Assembly (NCBI GenBank): GCA_947453445.1
Contig: CANGGP010000006.1
Location: forward strand, 15,999 to 79,998
Length of the DNA stretch: 64,000 nt
From: Sphingobacteriaceae bacterium
GTDB lineage: Bacteria; Bacteroidota; Bacteroidia; B-17B0; Aurantibacillaceae
Reading direction: 5' to 3'
Positions 8,435 to 17,963 of this stretch are shown piece after piece. Below the pieces are notes generated by a model that was not told the origin of the DNA, made no database searches, and was given only the letters and a program-made list of their open reading frames with translations. The first letter of the stretch is position 1, and each line of letters begins with the position of its first letter. The translations under genes and the position numbers were made by a program.

Positions 8435-10732
8435 ATGAAGTTCTGCCTATACCTCTTTTGTATTGTTTGCTTTTGCTTGAAACTTGAGGATTCAAATGCA
8501 CAAAACAACAATTTATGCAAGTATGTAAACACCTTTATCGGCACAAAAAAAATGGGACATACTTTTCCCGGTGCCTGCGTACCTTTTGGCATGGTGCAAT
8601 TGAGTCCTGATACCGACACCTTACCATACCTCATCAACGGCAAATACAATGCTGATGTTTACCGTTATTGTGCCGGCTATCAGTATGATGACAAAAGTAT
8701 TATTGGCTTTAGTCATACGCATTTTAGTGGCACGGGTCATTCAGATTTAGGGGACTTTTTACTGATGCCCTCTACCGGCGCAGTGCATCTGAATCCCGGC
8801 ATTGCCGGCCTAAAAGGTAGTGGTTATCGTTCGGCCTTTAAGCATGAAAATGAAAAAACGCAGCCCGGTTATTACAGTGTTTTATTGGATGATCATCGCA
8901 TTCAAGCTGAGTTAACTGCCAGCGAAAGGGTTGGCTTTCACCGTTACACTTTTCCGAAGTCAGACTCGGCGCATATAGTGTTGGATTTAGGATACGGCTT
9001 ATACAATTACCCTGATAAAAGTGTTTGGTGTGTTGCCAGAATTGAAAACGACACATTGATTACCGGCTACAAGCAATGTGTTGGATGGGCCCGCACCAGA
9101 ACCCTATATTTTGCGATGGTTTTATCGAAACCCATGCGATCTTTTGGATCCAACAATCCCGCAAAAAAAGAAGTCTACAAAGGCTTTTGGCGAAAATTTG
9201 ATCAATCAACAAATTTCCCCGATTTGGCCGGTCGCGATTTAAAATTGTATATGGATTTTAAAACAGAGGCACAAGAAAGTATTCAAATTAAATTTGCCAT
9301 CTCGGCTGTAAGCATTGATGGTGCTTTGATGAATTTGAGTGCGGAAATTCCACATTTTAATTTTGAAAAAACCAAACAAGAAGCGCTCAACAAATGGGAG
9401 AAAGAACTCTCGAAAGTGAACATAGAAGCGGATGAAGAAGTGAAAACAAATTTTTACACCGCCATGTACCATGCCTTTATCTCTCCGAATATTTTTATGG
9501 ATGTGGATCAGCAATACAAAGGATTAGATTACAGAACACACCGTGCTGAAAATTTCACGAATTACAGCACCTTTTCTTTATGGGACACTTACCGCGCCTT
9601 GCATCCACTTTTTAATATTATACAAATTGAAAAAAACAAAAACATGGTGCAATCGATGATGGCGCATTATCATCAAAGTGCTTTACACATGCTGCCCATT
9701 TGGAGTCATTTCGGAAACGACAATTGGTGCATGAGCGGATACCATGCTACATCGGTGATTGCCGATGCGATTGTAAAAAACGGCACTTTGATGGATGCCA
9801 AAAATGCCTTGGATGCCTGTGTTCGGACCGCTGAAAAATCAGATTATGAAGGCATAGGTGATTACATGCGCTTGGGTTATGTGCCCATGGAAGCCTCACG
9901 CGTTTCGGTGTCGAATACATTGGAATATGCCTACGACGATTGGTGCATTGCACAATTGGCGAGGAAAGCAAACGACACTTTGGTATACAACAGATTTATG
10001 AATCGTTCAAAAAATTATACACATGTATTTGACACAAAAAGTGGATTTGTGAAAGCAAAAAATGCCCGCGGGGAATTCACAAAACAATTTGATGCTTTGA
10101 GCACAAGTAATCAAGGACTCATTGAAGGCAATGCGTGGAATTATAGTTTTTTTGTGCCACAAGACCCTGATCATTTAATCCAATTAATGGGCGGCAAAAA
10201 AAAGTTCAACAGCAAACTCGACAGTTTATTTAATATGTATTTGCCTGGTAAGTATTTTGCCGAAACCGAAGACATTACCCGCGAAGGTATTATTGGCACT
10301 TATGTTCACGGCAATGAGCCGGCACATCATGTGCCCTATTTGTATAATTTTTCTGGCGAAGCTTTTAAAACACAGGCCATTTTAAGAAAAATCATGAGCA
10401 ACCAATATCGTGCAAGTGCCGATGGCTTGGGTGGAAATGACGATTGCGGACAAATGAGTGCTTGGTATATCTTTAGTGCTTTGGGTTTTTATCCCTTTGC
10501 ACCGGCCTCAAACACCTATCAATTGGGAAGTCCTGTTGTGCAAAGTGCGATCATCCATTTAGAAAATGGCAAACAATTTAAAATTTTAGTCGAAAATCAA
10601 AGCGCAAAAAACATTTACGTAAAATCAGTTTATTTAAATGGACAATTGATGAGAGGCACCAACATATCGCATCAAGATATTATGCAAGGCGGCACGCTTA
10701 AATTCATCATGGATGAAAAGCCTTTTAAATAA
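8435..10732 (+). CDS. GH92 family alpha-mannosidase
   Basis: Signal peptide, then YVNTFIGTKKMGHTFPGACVPFGMVQLSPDT, GNEPAHHVPYLYN and GNDDCGQMSAWYIFSALGFYP, which are classic GH92 motifs. Confidence 0.9.
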   Translation: MKFCLYLFCIVCFCLKLEDSNAQNNNLCKYVNTFIGTKKMGHTFPGACVPFGMVQLSPDTDTLPYLINGKYNADVYRYCAGYQYDDKSIIGFSHTHFSGTGHSDLGDFLLMPSTGAVHLNPGIAGLKGSGYRSAFKHENEKTQPGYYSVLLDDHRIQAELTASERVGFHRYTFPKSDSAHIVLDLGYGLYNYPDKSVWCVARIENDTLITGYKQCVGWARTRTLYFAMVLSKPMRSFGSNNPAKKEVYKGFWRKFDQSTNFPDLAGRDLKLYMDFKTEAQESIQIKFAISAVSIDGALMNLSAEIPHFNFEKTKQEALNKWEKELSKVNIEADEEVKTNFYTAMYHAFISPNIFMDVDQQYKGLDYRTHRAENFTNYSTFSLWDTYRALHPLFNIIQIEKNKNMVQSMMAHYHQSALHMLPIWSHFGNDNWCMSGYHATSVIADAIVKNGTLMDAKNALDACVRTAEKSDYEGIGDYMRLGYVPMEASRVSVSNTLEYAYDDWCIAQLARKANDTLVYNRFMNRSKNYTHVFDTKSGFVKAKNARGEFTKQFDALSTSNQGLIEGNAWNYSFFVPQDPDHLIQLMGGKKKFNSKLDSLFNMYLPGKYFAETEDITREGIIGTYVHGNEPAHHVPYLYNFSGEAFKTQAILRKIMSNQYRASADGLGGNDDCGQMSAWYIFSALGFYPFAPASNTYQLGSPVVQSAIIHLENGKQFKILVENQSAKNIYVKSVYLNGQLMRGTNISHQDIMQGGTLKFIMDEKPFK

Positions 10733-10749
10733 TTACAAATCTTAAAAAG

Positions 10750-11571
10750 TTAACAACCGCCTCCTCCGAGCGAAATACTAAATTCTTCCTGAACCGGAAC
10801 TCCTTGAGCGTTTTTAGCCATTTTCCAAGGTTGCATGGTTGAAATTACTCTTAATATGGCTTCATCTATTTTTTTGTCAGAAGAACTTCGAGTCAATTTT
10901 GCCATTATAATTTCTCCTTTGGTATTCACTGAAAATCGAACCGCGGCTTGCGCTATTTTATCAAAATTATTTTTACCCGGAAACGGTTTAACCAAATGTT
11001 CATTAAGATAATCGGAAAATTGAGTATAACCACCCGGCATCATGGCTTCTTCGTTGGGTATAACAGTCAAGGTGTATTCAGCCTCCTTAATGCCATTATC
11101 TTTATCGGCATTGCTGATCCATTCTTTGTATTTGAATTTTAACTTCACAATCATATCAGTGCCTAAATCAGCCTTTAACAAAAGCTCTTTTTGTTGTTTG
11201 TTTAAAGCGTGACCCGTACCAATGGCATTTTGGTATTGTCCATCACATTTAACAACAAGTTCAATACTTACATAATCAATTAAATTTTCGTAATCTGCAC
11301 GTGCATGCACGTAATTATCTTGCGCAAATAATGTGATATTTTCTTTAGCGCGGTTTATTTGTAGAAGGTCATTTATTTTGGTGTATGTTTTCGATTCTGC
11401 CCTAAAATTACGTTCAAAATCAGGCATTAACTCACAAACAAAACTCAAACCTACTATTTTATCATATTTCATTACCGGTGTATATCTGCCGGTATAATTC
11501 AATTTTTGATTTTGTGCGATTAGGCTGCTTAAGCTGTAAACAAAAAGAATGATGAGGAGAACATTTTTCAT
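10750..11571 (-). CDS. secreted hypothetical protein with a TonB-C-like C-terminal domain
   Basis: Signal peptide MKNVLLIILFVYSLSSLIAQ. The C-terminal VRFSVNTKGEIIMAKLTRSSSDKKIDEAILRVISTMQPWKMAKNAQGVPV resembles a TonB C-terminal fold. Confidence 0.55.
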   Translation of the reverse strand: MKNVLLIILFVYSLSSLIAQNQKLNYTGRYTPVMKYDKIVGLSFVCELMPDFERNFRAESKTYTKINDLLQINRAKENITLFAQDNYVHARADYENLIDYVSIELVVKCDGQYQNAIGTGHALNKQQKELLLKADLGTDMIVKLKFKYKEWISNADKDNGIKEAEYTLTVIPNEEAMMPGGYTQFSDYLNEHLVKPFPGKNNFDKIAQAAVRFSVNTKGEIIMAKLTRSSSDKKIDEAILRVISTMQPWKMAKNAQGVPVQEEFSISLGGGGC

Positions 11572-11583
11572 AGGTGTATTTTT

Positions 11584-12072
11584 TTACTTATTACTATTAA
11601 TTGGCGTGGTTTTAATTGCTAAAATATATTTTACTACAACGTCTTTTTCAACATCGCTTAAGTGTGCACGCATCGACATATCACCAATAATTTGCGCCCA
11701 CTTTACTTCATTATAAGCCTGAATGTTTTTAGCAGGGTGGCATTTAATACAAGCACCCGAATTGTAAATGGCATGTCCCTGTTCAAGCGTACTAAGTGTT
11801 ACGGCCGTTAATTGCGGGTATTTAATCATCAATGTTGTGAGGTGCAGTTCGGTGGGCACATAATCAAAAACGGGTAATTTGTTTATTGGAAAAGGATAAA
11901 GACTCACCGAAGGTGCTGCATTTTGAACTGTGCCACTTGATGTTTCTGCAGGCTTAATAATGTCTTGAGAGGTATTCGTTGAAGTTTGCGATTGATTTAT
12001 TTTCTTATGTGTAGTACACTGCACAATGATGAAAATGGATAAAGAGAGCAAAAACAATAGAGTGCTTTTCAT
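11584..12072 (-). CDS. c-type cytochrome-like protein (single CxxCH)
   Basis: Signal peptide, an S/T-rich linker and a CIKCH haem-binding motif. Confidence 0.6.
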   Translation of the reverse strand: MKSTLLFLLSLSIFIIVQCTTHKKINQSQTSTNTSQDIIKPAETSSGTVQNAAPSVSLYPFPINKLPVFDYVPTELHLTTLMIKYPQLTAVTLSTLEQGHAIYNSGACIKCHPAKNIQAYNEVKWAQIIGDMSMRAHLSDVEKDVVVKYILAIKTTPINSNK

Positions 12073-12316
12073 CGATTAAATTTTTATCAAGTTAGAGAAA
12101 TAAAATTATTTGCGAATCCTTCGAATTCGTTAAAAATGCAAACAATTGTTATTTTTAAACAGGACAATTTTTTATGTTCGAATCGCCATTCATCAATGAA
12201 ACCTAATTCAGTTGAGCAACAAATCCTTGTTTTGCTTCAGCACATGCTATCCACAGATCAAAATCAAGCATTTTAAGCCTAAAAATTAAGCCATACGCAC
12301 ATTTATTGAGAATCGT

Positions 12317-12324
12317 TATATTTG
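12317..12324 (+). promoter_or_regulatory. Bacteroidota -7 promoter box TATATTTG
   Basis: Matches TAnnTTTG, 41 nt upstream of the ATG at 12366. Confidence 0.4.
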
Positions 12325-12365
12325 TTATTCATACATTAAAATCAATTTTTTAAACCATTAAATAC

Positions 12366-15300
12366 ATGAAAAAATTAATTCATTATTTCATTTTGTTATT
12401 TATCTCCGGCAACATCTTCGCGCAACAAACTGGCGACACCATTGTTGTGAAAGGTTTTAAATACGGCAGCAATACCCGCGACACGGTGATTAATTTTCCG
12501 AGTGGCAACACCACTTACGAGAAAATTATTTTAAAATACAACATGCGTTGCAAAAATAATTTGGTTTCAACCCAAGCAGCACCCAACCAAGGCTGTGGAG
12601 AATGGGATTACTCGTGTAATACTTATATCGTTGATTCGTCAAAAATTGAGAATGCCTTGTTTACCAACCCAAACTACATGGTTTCTAATTTCACCGGTTC
12701 TGTTTTTCCGTATACCAGTCAGGCCCTTTATGATTATTACAATTTTTCGCAAACAAGCGTAACACTTAATTCAGTGGTTTCCGAAAACCAATATACCCTT
12801 GGCAATGGCAGCAATGCCATGAGCAATGTGATCAAGCCCAATGTAAAATCGGGCCGCACAATGGTTTTATTTACAGCCGCAGAGTTAAGCGCAGCCGGAT
12901 TAACCGCAGGCAACATCAATGGCTTGATGTTAAATGTTTCGGGCAGTGGTGCTTCAGTAAATTTTTTAAAAATTGGTATTCAACAAACCACCTTAACAGC
13001 CTTAAATGCCAATACAGTAGCGGTGAGTGGTTACAGCACCTATTACCATAGCAACTATACTTTTACCACCGGTGTGAACCGTATACAATTTCCGGCGCCG
13101 GCTTTTGTTTGGAACGGCAGCAGCAATTTATTACTCGATATTTCTTACACCAATACCAATCCCAACAATCCTTTATTCATAAGCGGCACCAATACTTCAT
13201 CGGTAATGACCCTATTCGCCAATAACAATTACGCCTTGGATTTATCTGCTTTGGGACATGTGATTTTAAATGCGCCAAGTTTATCGAACATCAGCAATGA
13301 AATGACGGTTTCTTTTTGGGCATATGGCAATGCTGCTTTATTGCCAAACAATACCTCCATTTTGTATGGCTACGACAGCAATCCAAACAACCGTAATTTT
13401 AATTTGCATTTACCATGGAGTAACAGCAACATGTATTTTGATTGCGGTTTTGCCAATGGCGGTTATGATAGAATTAATAAAGCCGCGGTACCTGCCGAAA
13501 TCAGCGGACAATGGAATCATTGGGCTTTTACCAAAAATGCCGTGAGCGGTGATATGAAAATTTACTTAAATGGTTTTCTTTGGCATTCAGGCACTGCCAT
13601 GACCAAAACCATTAGCATTTTAACGATGATTTTAGGTAAAGACAATGCTTTACAAAACAACTGGAAAGGAAAAATAAATGAATTGAGCATTTGGAATAAA
13701 GAACTGAGTCAAAGCGACATTCAAGCCTGGATGAACAAACAAATTAATAACACGCATCCATTTTACACCAATTTGATGGCTTATTACAAACTCGATGAAG
13801 GAACAGGTCAAGTTGTGACTGATTCAAAAAACAACCTCACATCAACCGGTGTTAACTTGCAATGGACTTATGACAGAGGAACTAATCTCTTTAAGTCCTT
13901 TACTGAAAGTAGCAGCAGACCTAATGTTGTGTTTTTAAGGGGGACATACAATTTAACGACGGCTACTGTTACTGTAAAAGATTCAATCAGAAGAAATGCC
14001 AATGTGGTTCAACAATATTCTATTACTTCAAATGCAGGTATTAGTCCAATGACCGATGATCAAGTGGTTTTGGTTTCAACACAAAACTTATATCAGGCAT
14101 CACCAATTTATACTTATAACGGCGACACTGGGGTATTAACAGGCACTACAGCCGTAAACAATTTCAGCGTATTAAATATTACTGATTTACCTTATTACAA
14201 ACGTTACCCATATTTCAACGAAATCATGTCCTTTGTAACCCCATACGGCAAAGGCCTTTCGTTGGGTGCTAACGGAAAAAGTTGGTATTACGACGTGAGC
14301 GATTTTGCACCTATTTTAAAAGGAAAAAAACGATTATTGATGACATTAGGCGGCGAAAATCAAGAACAAATGGATTTGGATTTTTGGTTTATTGTTGGAA
14401 CACCGCCACGCACTGTATTACAATACGATCAATTGTGGCAAGGTGCTGCAAGGGCCGGCGGAGCTGCAATTGCAAGTATTAACAACGATACACGTTTCCC
14501 TGTTTTAACCCAAAGTATTTTACCTACAGCACAAAGTTTTAAATTACGTTCTACCATTACTGGTCATGGCGCGCAAGGTGAGTTTTCGCAGAATGGCGGT
14601 ACCATTTATCATAATTTTAATATAGCGGGTGGAGCCCCTGAGTTTACATGGCAGATCACACAAAAATGTTCTGATAACCCAATGATTGCACAAGGTGGCA
14701 CTTGGGTTTATCCCCGTCAAGGCTGGTGTCCGGGACAAGCATCTTTATTAAAAGAATTTAATTTAACACCGTTTATCAGCCCGGGCAACACTGTTACATT
14801 GGATTATGGTTGTTCAAACCCACCGAACATTACTGGTGATTATCGTTATATCGTTGCCAACCAATTTATCAGTTATGGCGCCATGAACAAAACATTAGAT
14901 GCCGCGGTGATTGATGTGTTGCAACCAAGTGATAAATTTTTGTATTCTAAATTCAATCCAATTTGCTCAAATCCGGTAATCGTTGCGCGAAATACCGGCT
15001 CAACAACTTTAACCGGTATGACCATCGATTATTGGATTAACAATGCATCTGCCAAAGAAACGTATACATGGACAGGTTCATTGGCCTCGATGGACACTGC
15101 TATTATTGTATTGCCTTTGGGTAATCTTTGGAAAGCACCAACCTTATCAAGCGGCAATAAATTTAATGTAGATATTAAAAAGGCCAATGCAGCAGTTGAC
15201 CAATATACATACAACAATGTATACCATTCTGCATTTGAACTACCAATCAGCATTTCAAACTCTTTCACCATTGTTTTTAAAACCAATAATTATCCTTCGG

Positions 15301-15842
15301 AAGATACATACACATTAACCGACGATGTTGGTAATTTAATTGCCGTAAGCTCTTTAACAGCAGCCAACACAGTATTTAATGATTACTACGAATTAATTGG
15401 CTGTTTTAAATTAAAGGTTGAAGATGTTGGCGGCGACGGCGTGCAATGGTGGGCCAATGCTGCACAAGGAACAGGTTATATTCAATTAAAAGACGCAGCA
15501 GGTAACATCGTGAAAACTTTTAATCCTGATTTTGGTAACGGATTTGAATTTAGTTTCACAACCTATGATGCCAGCAATTTGGTGGGCTTACAAGACAATG
15601 GTTTGACTTATGCAGTAAACATTTATCCAAATCCTGCACACGATAAATTTATCCTACAAGGCAATATACCTGATGGCGCTGAAATAAAAATCACCAATAT
15701 GCTGGGTCAAATGTTTGAAGTACCAAGCACCAAAACAGCCATTGGATTTGAATTTGATGCCGGTAAATTAAAACCCGGCGTTTATGTGGTTTCAATTTCA
15801 AAAGACAATCGAACAAGCATTAAAAAAATTGTGATTCAATAA
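12366..15842 (+). CDS. PNGase F-like protein with a large LamG-containing insertion and a T9SS type-A C-terminal sorting domain
   Basis: GCGEWDYSCNTYIV, FVTPYGKG...YYDVSDFAPILKG...DFWFIVGTPP and TITGHGAQGEF...RQGWCPGQ parallel motifs I recall from Elizabethkingia PNGase F. The LamG-like block is MTVSFWAYGN...INELSIWNKELSQSDIQAWM. The C-terminus is YPNPAHDKFILQG...GVYVVSISKDNRTSIKKIVIQ. Confidence 0.75.
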   Translation: MKKLIHYFILLFISGNIFAQQTGDTIVVKGFKYGSNTRDTVINFPSGNTTYEKIILKYNMRCKNNLVSTQAAPNQGCGEWDYSCNTYIVDSSKIENALFTNPNYMVSNFTGSVFPYTSQALYDYYNFSQTSVTLNSVVSENQYTLGNGSNAMSNVIKPNVKSGRTMVLFTAAELSAAGLTAGNINGLMLNVSGSGASVNFLKIGIQQTTLTALNANTVAVSGYSTYYHSNYTFTTGVNRIQFPAPAFVWNGSSNLLLDISYTNTNPNNPLFISGTNTSSVMTLFANNNYALDLSALGHVILNAPSLSNISNEMTVSFWAYGNAALLPNNTSILYGYDSNPNNRNFNLHLPWSNSNMYFDCGFANGGYDRINKAAVPAEISGQWNHWAFTKNAVSGDMKIYLNGFLWHSGTAMTKTISILTMILGKDNALQNNWKGKINELSIWNKELSQSDIQAWMNKQINNTHPFYTNLMAYYKLDEGTGQVVTDSKNNLTSTGVNLQWTYDRGTNLFKSFTESSSRPNVVFLRGTYNLTTATVTVKDSIRRNANVVQQYSITSNAGISPMTDDQVVLVSTQNLYQASPIYTYNGDTGVLTGTTAVNNFSVLNITDLPYYKRYPYFNEIMSFVTPYGKGLSLGANGKSWYYDVSDFAPILKGKKRLLMTLGGENQEQMDLDFWFIVGTPPRTVLQYDQLWQGAARAGGAAIASINNDTRFPVLTQSILPTAQSFKLRSTITGHGAQGEFSQNGGTIYHNFNIAGGAPEFTWQITQKCSDNPMIAQGGTWVYPRQGWCPGQASLLKEFNLTPFISPGNTVTLDYGCSNPPNITGDYRYIVANQFISYGAMNKTLDAAVIDVLQPSDKFLYSKFNPICSNPVIVARNTGSTTLTGMTIDYWINNASAKETYTWTGSLASMDTAIIVLPLGNLWKAPTLSSGNKFNVDIKKANAAVDQYTYNNVYHSAFELPISISNSFTIVFKTNNYPSEDTYTLTDDVGNLIAVSSLTAANTVFNDYYELIGCFKLKVEDVGGDGVQWWANAAQGTGYIQLKDAAGNIVKTFNPDFGNGFEFSFTTYDASNLVGLQDNGLTYAVNIYPNPAHDKFILQGNIPDGAEIKITNMLGQMFEVPSTKTAIGFEFDAGKLKPGVYVVSISKDNRTSIKKIVIQ

Positions 15843-15860
15843 TACTTCTCTTAAGAGACC

Positions 15861-16622
15861 GTGAATAAACTAGAGGTAATCAATAAAGTTAGTCGAATTA
15901 CCTGGTTGTTCTGGTTCATGAAAATTGTTGCCACTACATTGGGTGAAACTTTGGGTGATTTTCTTTCCATGACTTTAGGTCTTGGTTACATGATTGGAAT
16001 TGCCATCACACTAAGTTTATTCAGCATTCTTATTGTATTTCAATTAAACTTAAAAAGGTTTATACCACTCGTTTATTGGTTGGTTATTATAGCAACAACA
16101 ACATTGGGCACTGAAATCTCAGATTATTTAGATAGAAGCTTAGGATTAGGTTACAGCTTGGGCAGCAGCATCCTTTTTTGTTGTTTAATATGCACACTTA
16201 TAATCTGGCGATTAAAGTTCAAAAACTTGTCGGTTTATCCAATTTCTGACCGATTAAAAGAAATGTATTATTGGATGGCCATTTTATTCTCAAATTGTTT
16301 GGGTACAGCATTTGGCGATTATTTAGGAGATAATTTAGGCTTAAGTTATTTATGGGGTGCGGCTATCACCGGATGCATTATTTTAATCGTCATTGGCTTG
16401 CATTATTTCACACAGTTAAACCAAATCGTATTGTTTTGGATTGCCTTTATTTTCACAAGACCCTTTGGTGCCACATTTGGAGATTTACTGACCAAACCAA
16501 TTGCGAAGGGCGGTTTAAATTTTGGCACTGCACAAGCCAGTTTAATCGCCATTTTAATCATGGGCATATTAATATACTATTCAAATCAAATGAATCAAAA
16601 AGAAGAACAAAGGACTATCTAA
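15861..16622 (+). CDS. polytopic membrane protein with a four-fold internal repeat (GTG start)
   Basis: Four copies of a helix-LGxxxxDxL-xxxLGLGY unit: TLGETLGDFLSMTLGLGY, TLGTEISDYLDRSLGLGY, CLGTAFGDYLGDNLGLSY and PFGATFGDLLTKPIAKGGLNFG. Confidence 0.65.
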   Translation: MNKLEVINKVSRITWLFWFMKIVATTLGETLGDFLSMTLGLGYMIGIAITLSLFSILIVFQLNLKRFIPLVYWLVIIATTTLGTEISDYLDRSLGLGYSLGSSILFCCLICTLIIWRLKFKNLSVYPISDRLKEMYYWMAILFSNCLGTAFGDYLGDNLGLSYLWGAAITGCIILIVIGLHYFTQLNQIVLFWIAFIFTRPFGATFGDLLTKPIAKGGLNFGTAQASLIAILIMGILIYYSNQMNQKEEQRTI

Positions 16623-16643
16623 AAAGCGAATAATTAAAAAACT

Positions 16644-16672
16644 AAAAAGGCAGATTTCTCTGCCTTTTTTTT
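16644..16672. terminator. bidirectional rho-independent terminator
   Basis: aaaaaGGCAGAtttcTCTGCCtttttttt lies between convergent genes. Confidence 0.8.
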
Positions 16673-16683
16673 ATGATGATGAA

Positions 16684-17847
16684 TTAATTATCGCCAAACA
16701 AATCTGAATCACTCACGCATTTGCATTTAGGATTCGGTCGTGGATTAATCACAATTTCAAACGGTTTAAAGGCTTTGGTTTCGCGATCGAATTTTAAAGT
16801 AATGCGAACTTCAGATTTAATGGTGACACCGTTTTTTACAGCTGCATTCCAAGCATTCATGCCATTGGCAGCTTCTAAAACCAATTTATTTAAATCGGCA
16901 TTGGCACCTGCAACCATGGCTTTTTTAATGCTTCCATCGAAATTCAATTGTAATTTGAGTTCAGAGCTTGCAGACTTCCATTTTTTCTTTTGCTTTTTAC
17001 TTAGTGTAATATTGTCTTTAAAAAAAGCATTTAAATCTTCATCTCCTCCGCCGTAACATGCCGGGCGACAAGCCTTGGTGTCTTTCGAACGTTTAGGTTT
17101 GTTAGCGGTAGGACTTGCTTTTTTCTTGATTGTTGTTTCGGCAGCCGCACTACTCTCTTCAGGATCCGGCTCTTTCACTGTTTCCTTTTTTGGTGTTTCA
17201 ACAGGCGCCTCGGTTTTGGCAACAGGCTCTTCTGCCTTGGCAACCGGCACTTCAGCTTTCGCGGCAGGCGCTTCTGTTTTTTTCACAGGCGCTTCAGTTT
17301 TCGCAACAGGTGTTTCTGCTTTTTTGGTTTCAGCTACCGACTCTGTTTTTGCTGGCGCAGGTGCTTCTGTTTTTACGGCAACCGGCTCAGCCTTTTTCGC
17401 CGCAGGCGCACCGCCTTTAGGTACGTAATAAATGTAGAAACCTTGCACCGATTTATATTCATCTCCGCCGGCATTTTCACTGCATTGGCACATGTTTTGG
17501 TAAATTGTTTTGGCTTGAAAAAATTCAGGATACGTCATGATTAAATTTTCCCAACGCTCTTGGTTGTATTCTTCTCTATTCGCAATATCATCAGGTGAAG
17601 ATTCAGTATAAACCAATACTATTTTAGAAATGCTAAAAGTCTTTACCGAGTCTGCCGAACTTGTTGTATTCATTCCACTTGTACCACGCTTCGATCGCGC
17701 AAAAACATAATTGTTGTTATGCATTTTATACGGACTCGTGATTGAGTCAGCTTGAAAAGTCAAATCATAAAATGAAGGACCTTGACCAAAATAAACATTG
17801 GCCGTTAAAACGGTGGCTATTGCCAAAAAAAATCTGAAATGTTTCAT
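16684..17847 (-). CDS. secreted protein with an Ala/Pro/Lys/Glu-rich repeat linker
   Basis: Signal peptide MKHFRFFLAIATVLTANVYFGQ, central KTEAPVAK-type repeats and a C-terminal globular domain. Confidence 0.65.
   Translation of the reverse strand: MKHFRFFLAIATVLTANVYFGQGPSFYDLTFQADSITSPYKMHNNNYVFARSKRGTSGMNTTSSADSVKTFSISKIVLVYTESSPDDIANREEYNQERWENLIMTYPEFFQAKTIYQNMCQCSENAGGDEYKSVQGFYIYYVPKGGAPAAKKAEPVAVKTEAPAPAKTESVAETKKAETPVAKTEAPVKKTEAPAAKAEVPVAKAEEPVAKTEAPVETPKKETVKEPDPEESSAAAETTIKKKASPTANKPKRSKDTKACRPACYGGGDEDLNAFFKDNITLSKKQKKKWKSASSELKLQLNFDGSIKKAMVAGANADLNKLVLEAANGMNAWNAAVKNGVTIKSEVRITLKFDRETKAFKPFEIVINPRPNPKCKCVSDSDLFGDN
17190..17410 (-). repeat. degenerate in-frame tandem repeats encoding (K/A)(T/A)EAPVAK units
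   Basis: Protein segment AEPVAVKTEAPAPAKTESVAETKKAETPVAKTEAPVKKTEAPAAKAEVPVAKAEEPVAKTEAPVE. The local GC is visibly higher than in the flanks. Confidence 0.8.
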
Positions 17848-17963
17848 ATGCGTTAATGGTGTAATATTAAAAAATATATTTGGATAATTTATTTTTTAAA
17901 GGGGAAAAGCAATTATTTGACAAATAATGGTTTCATTTACACTTTAAAGTAAACGACCTTGGT

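Noticed and set aside
17075-17428. Two overlapping plus-strand ORFs (117 and 96 aa) opposite the KTEAPVAK repeat region
   Set aside because: They are low-complexity antisense products of a GC-enriched tandem repeat. The minus-strand gene has a signal peptide and flanking globular domains.
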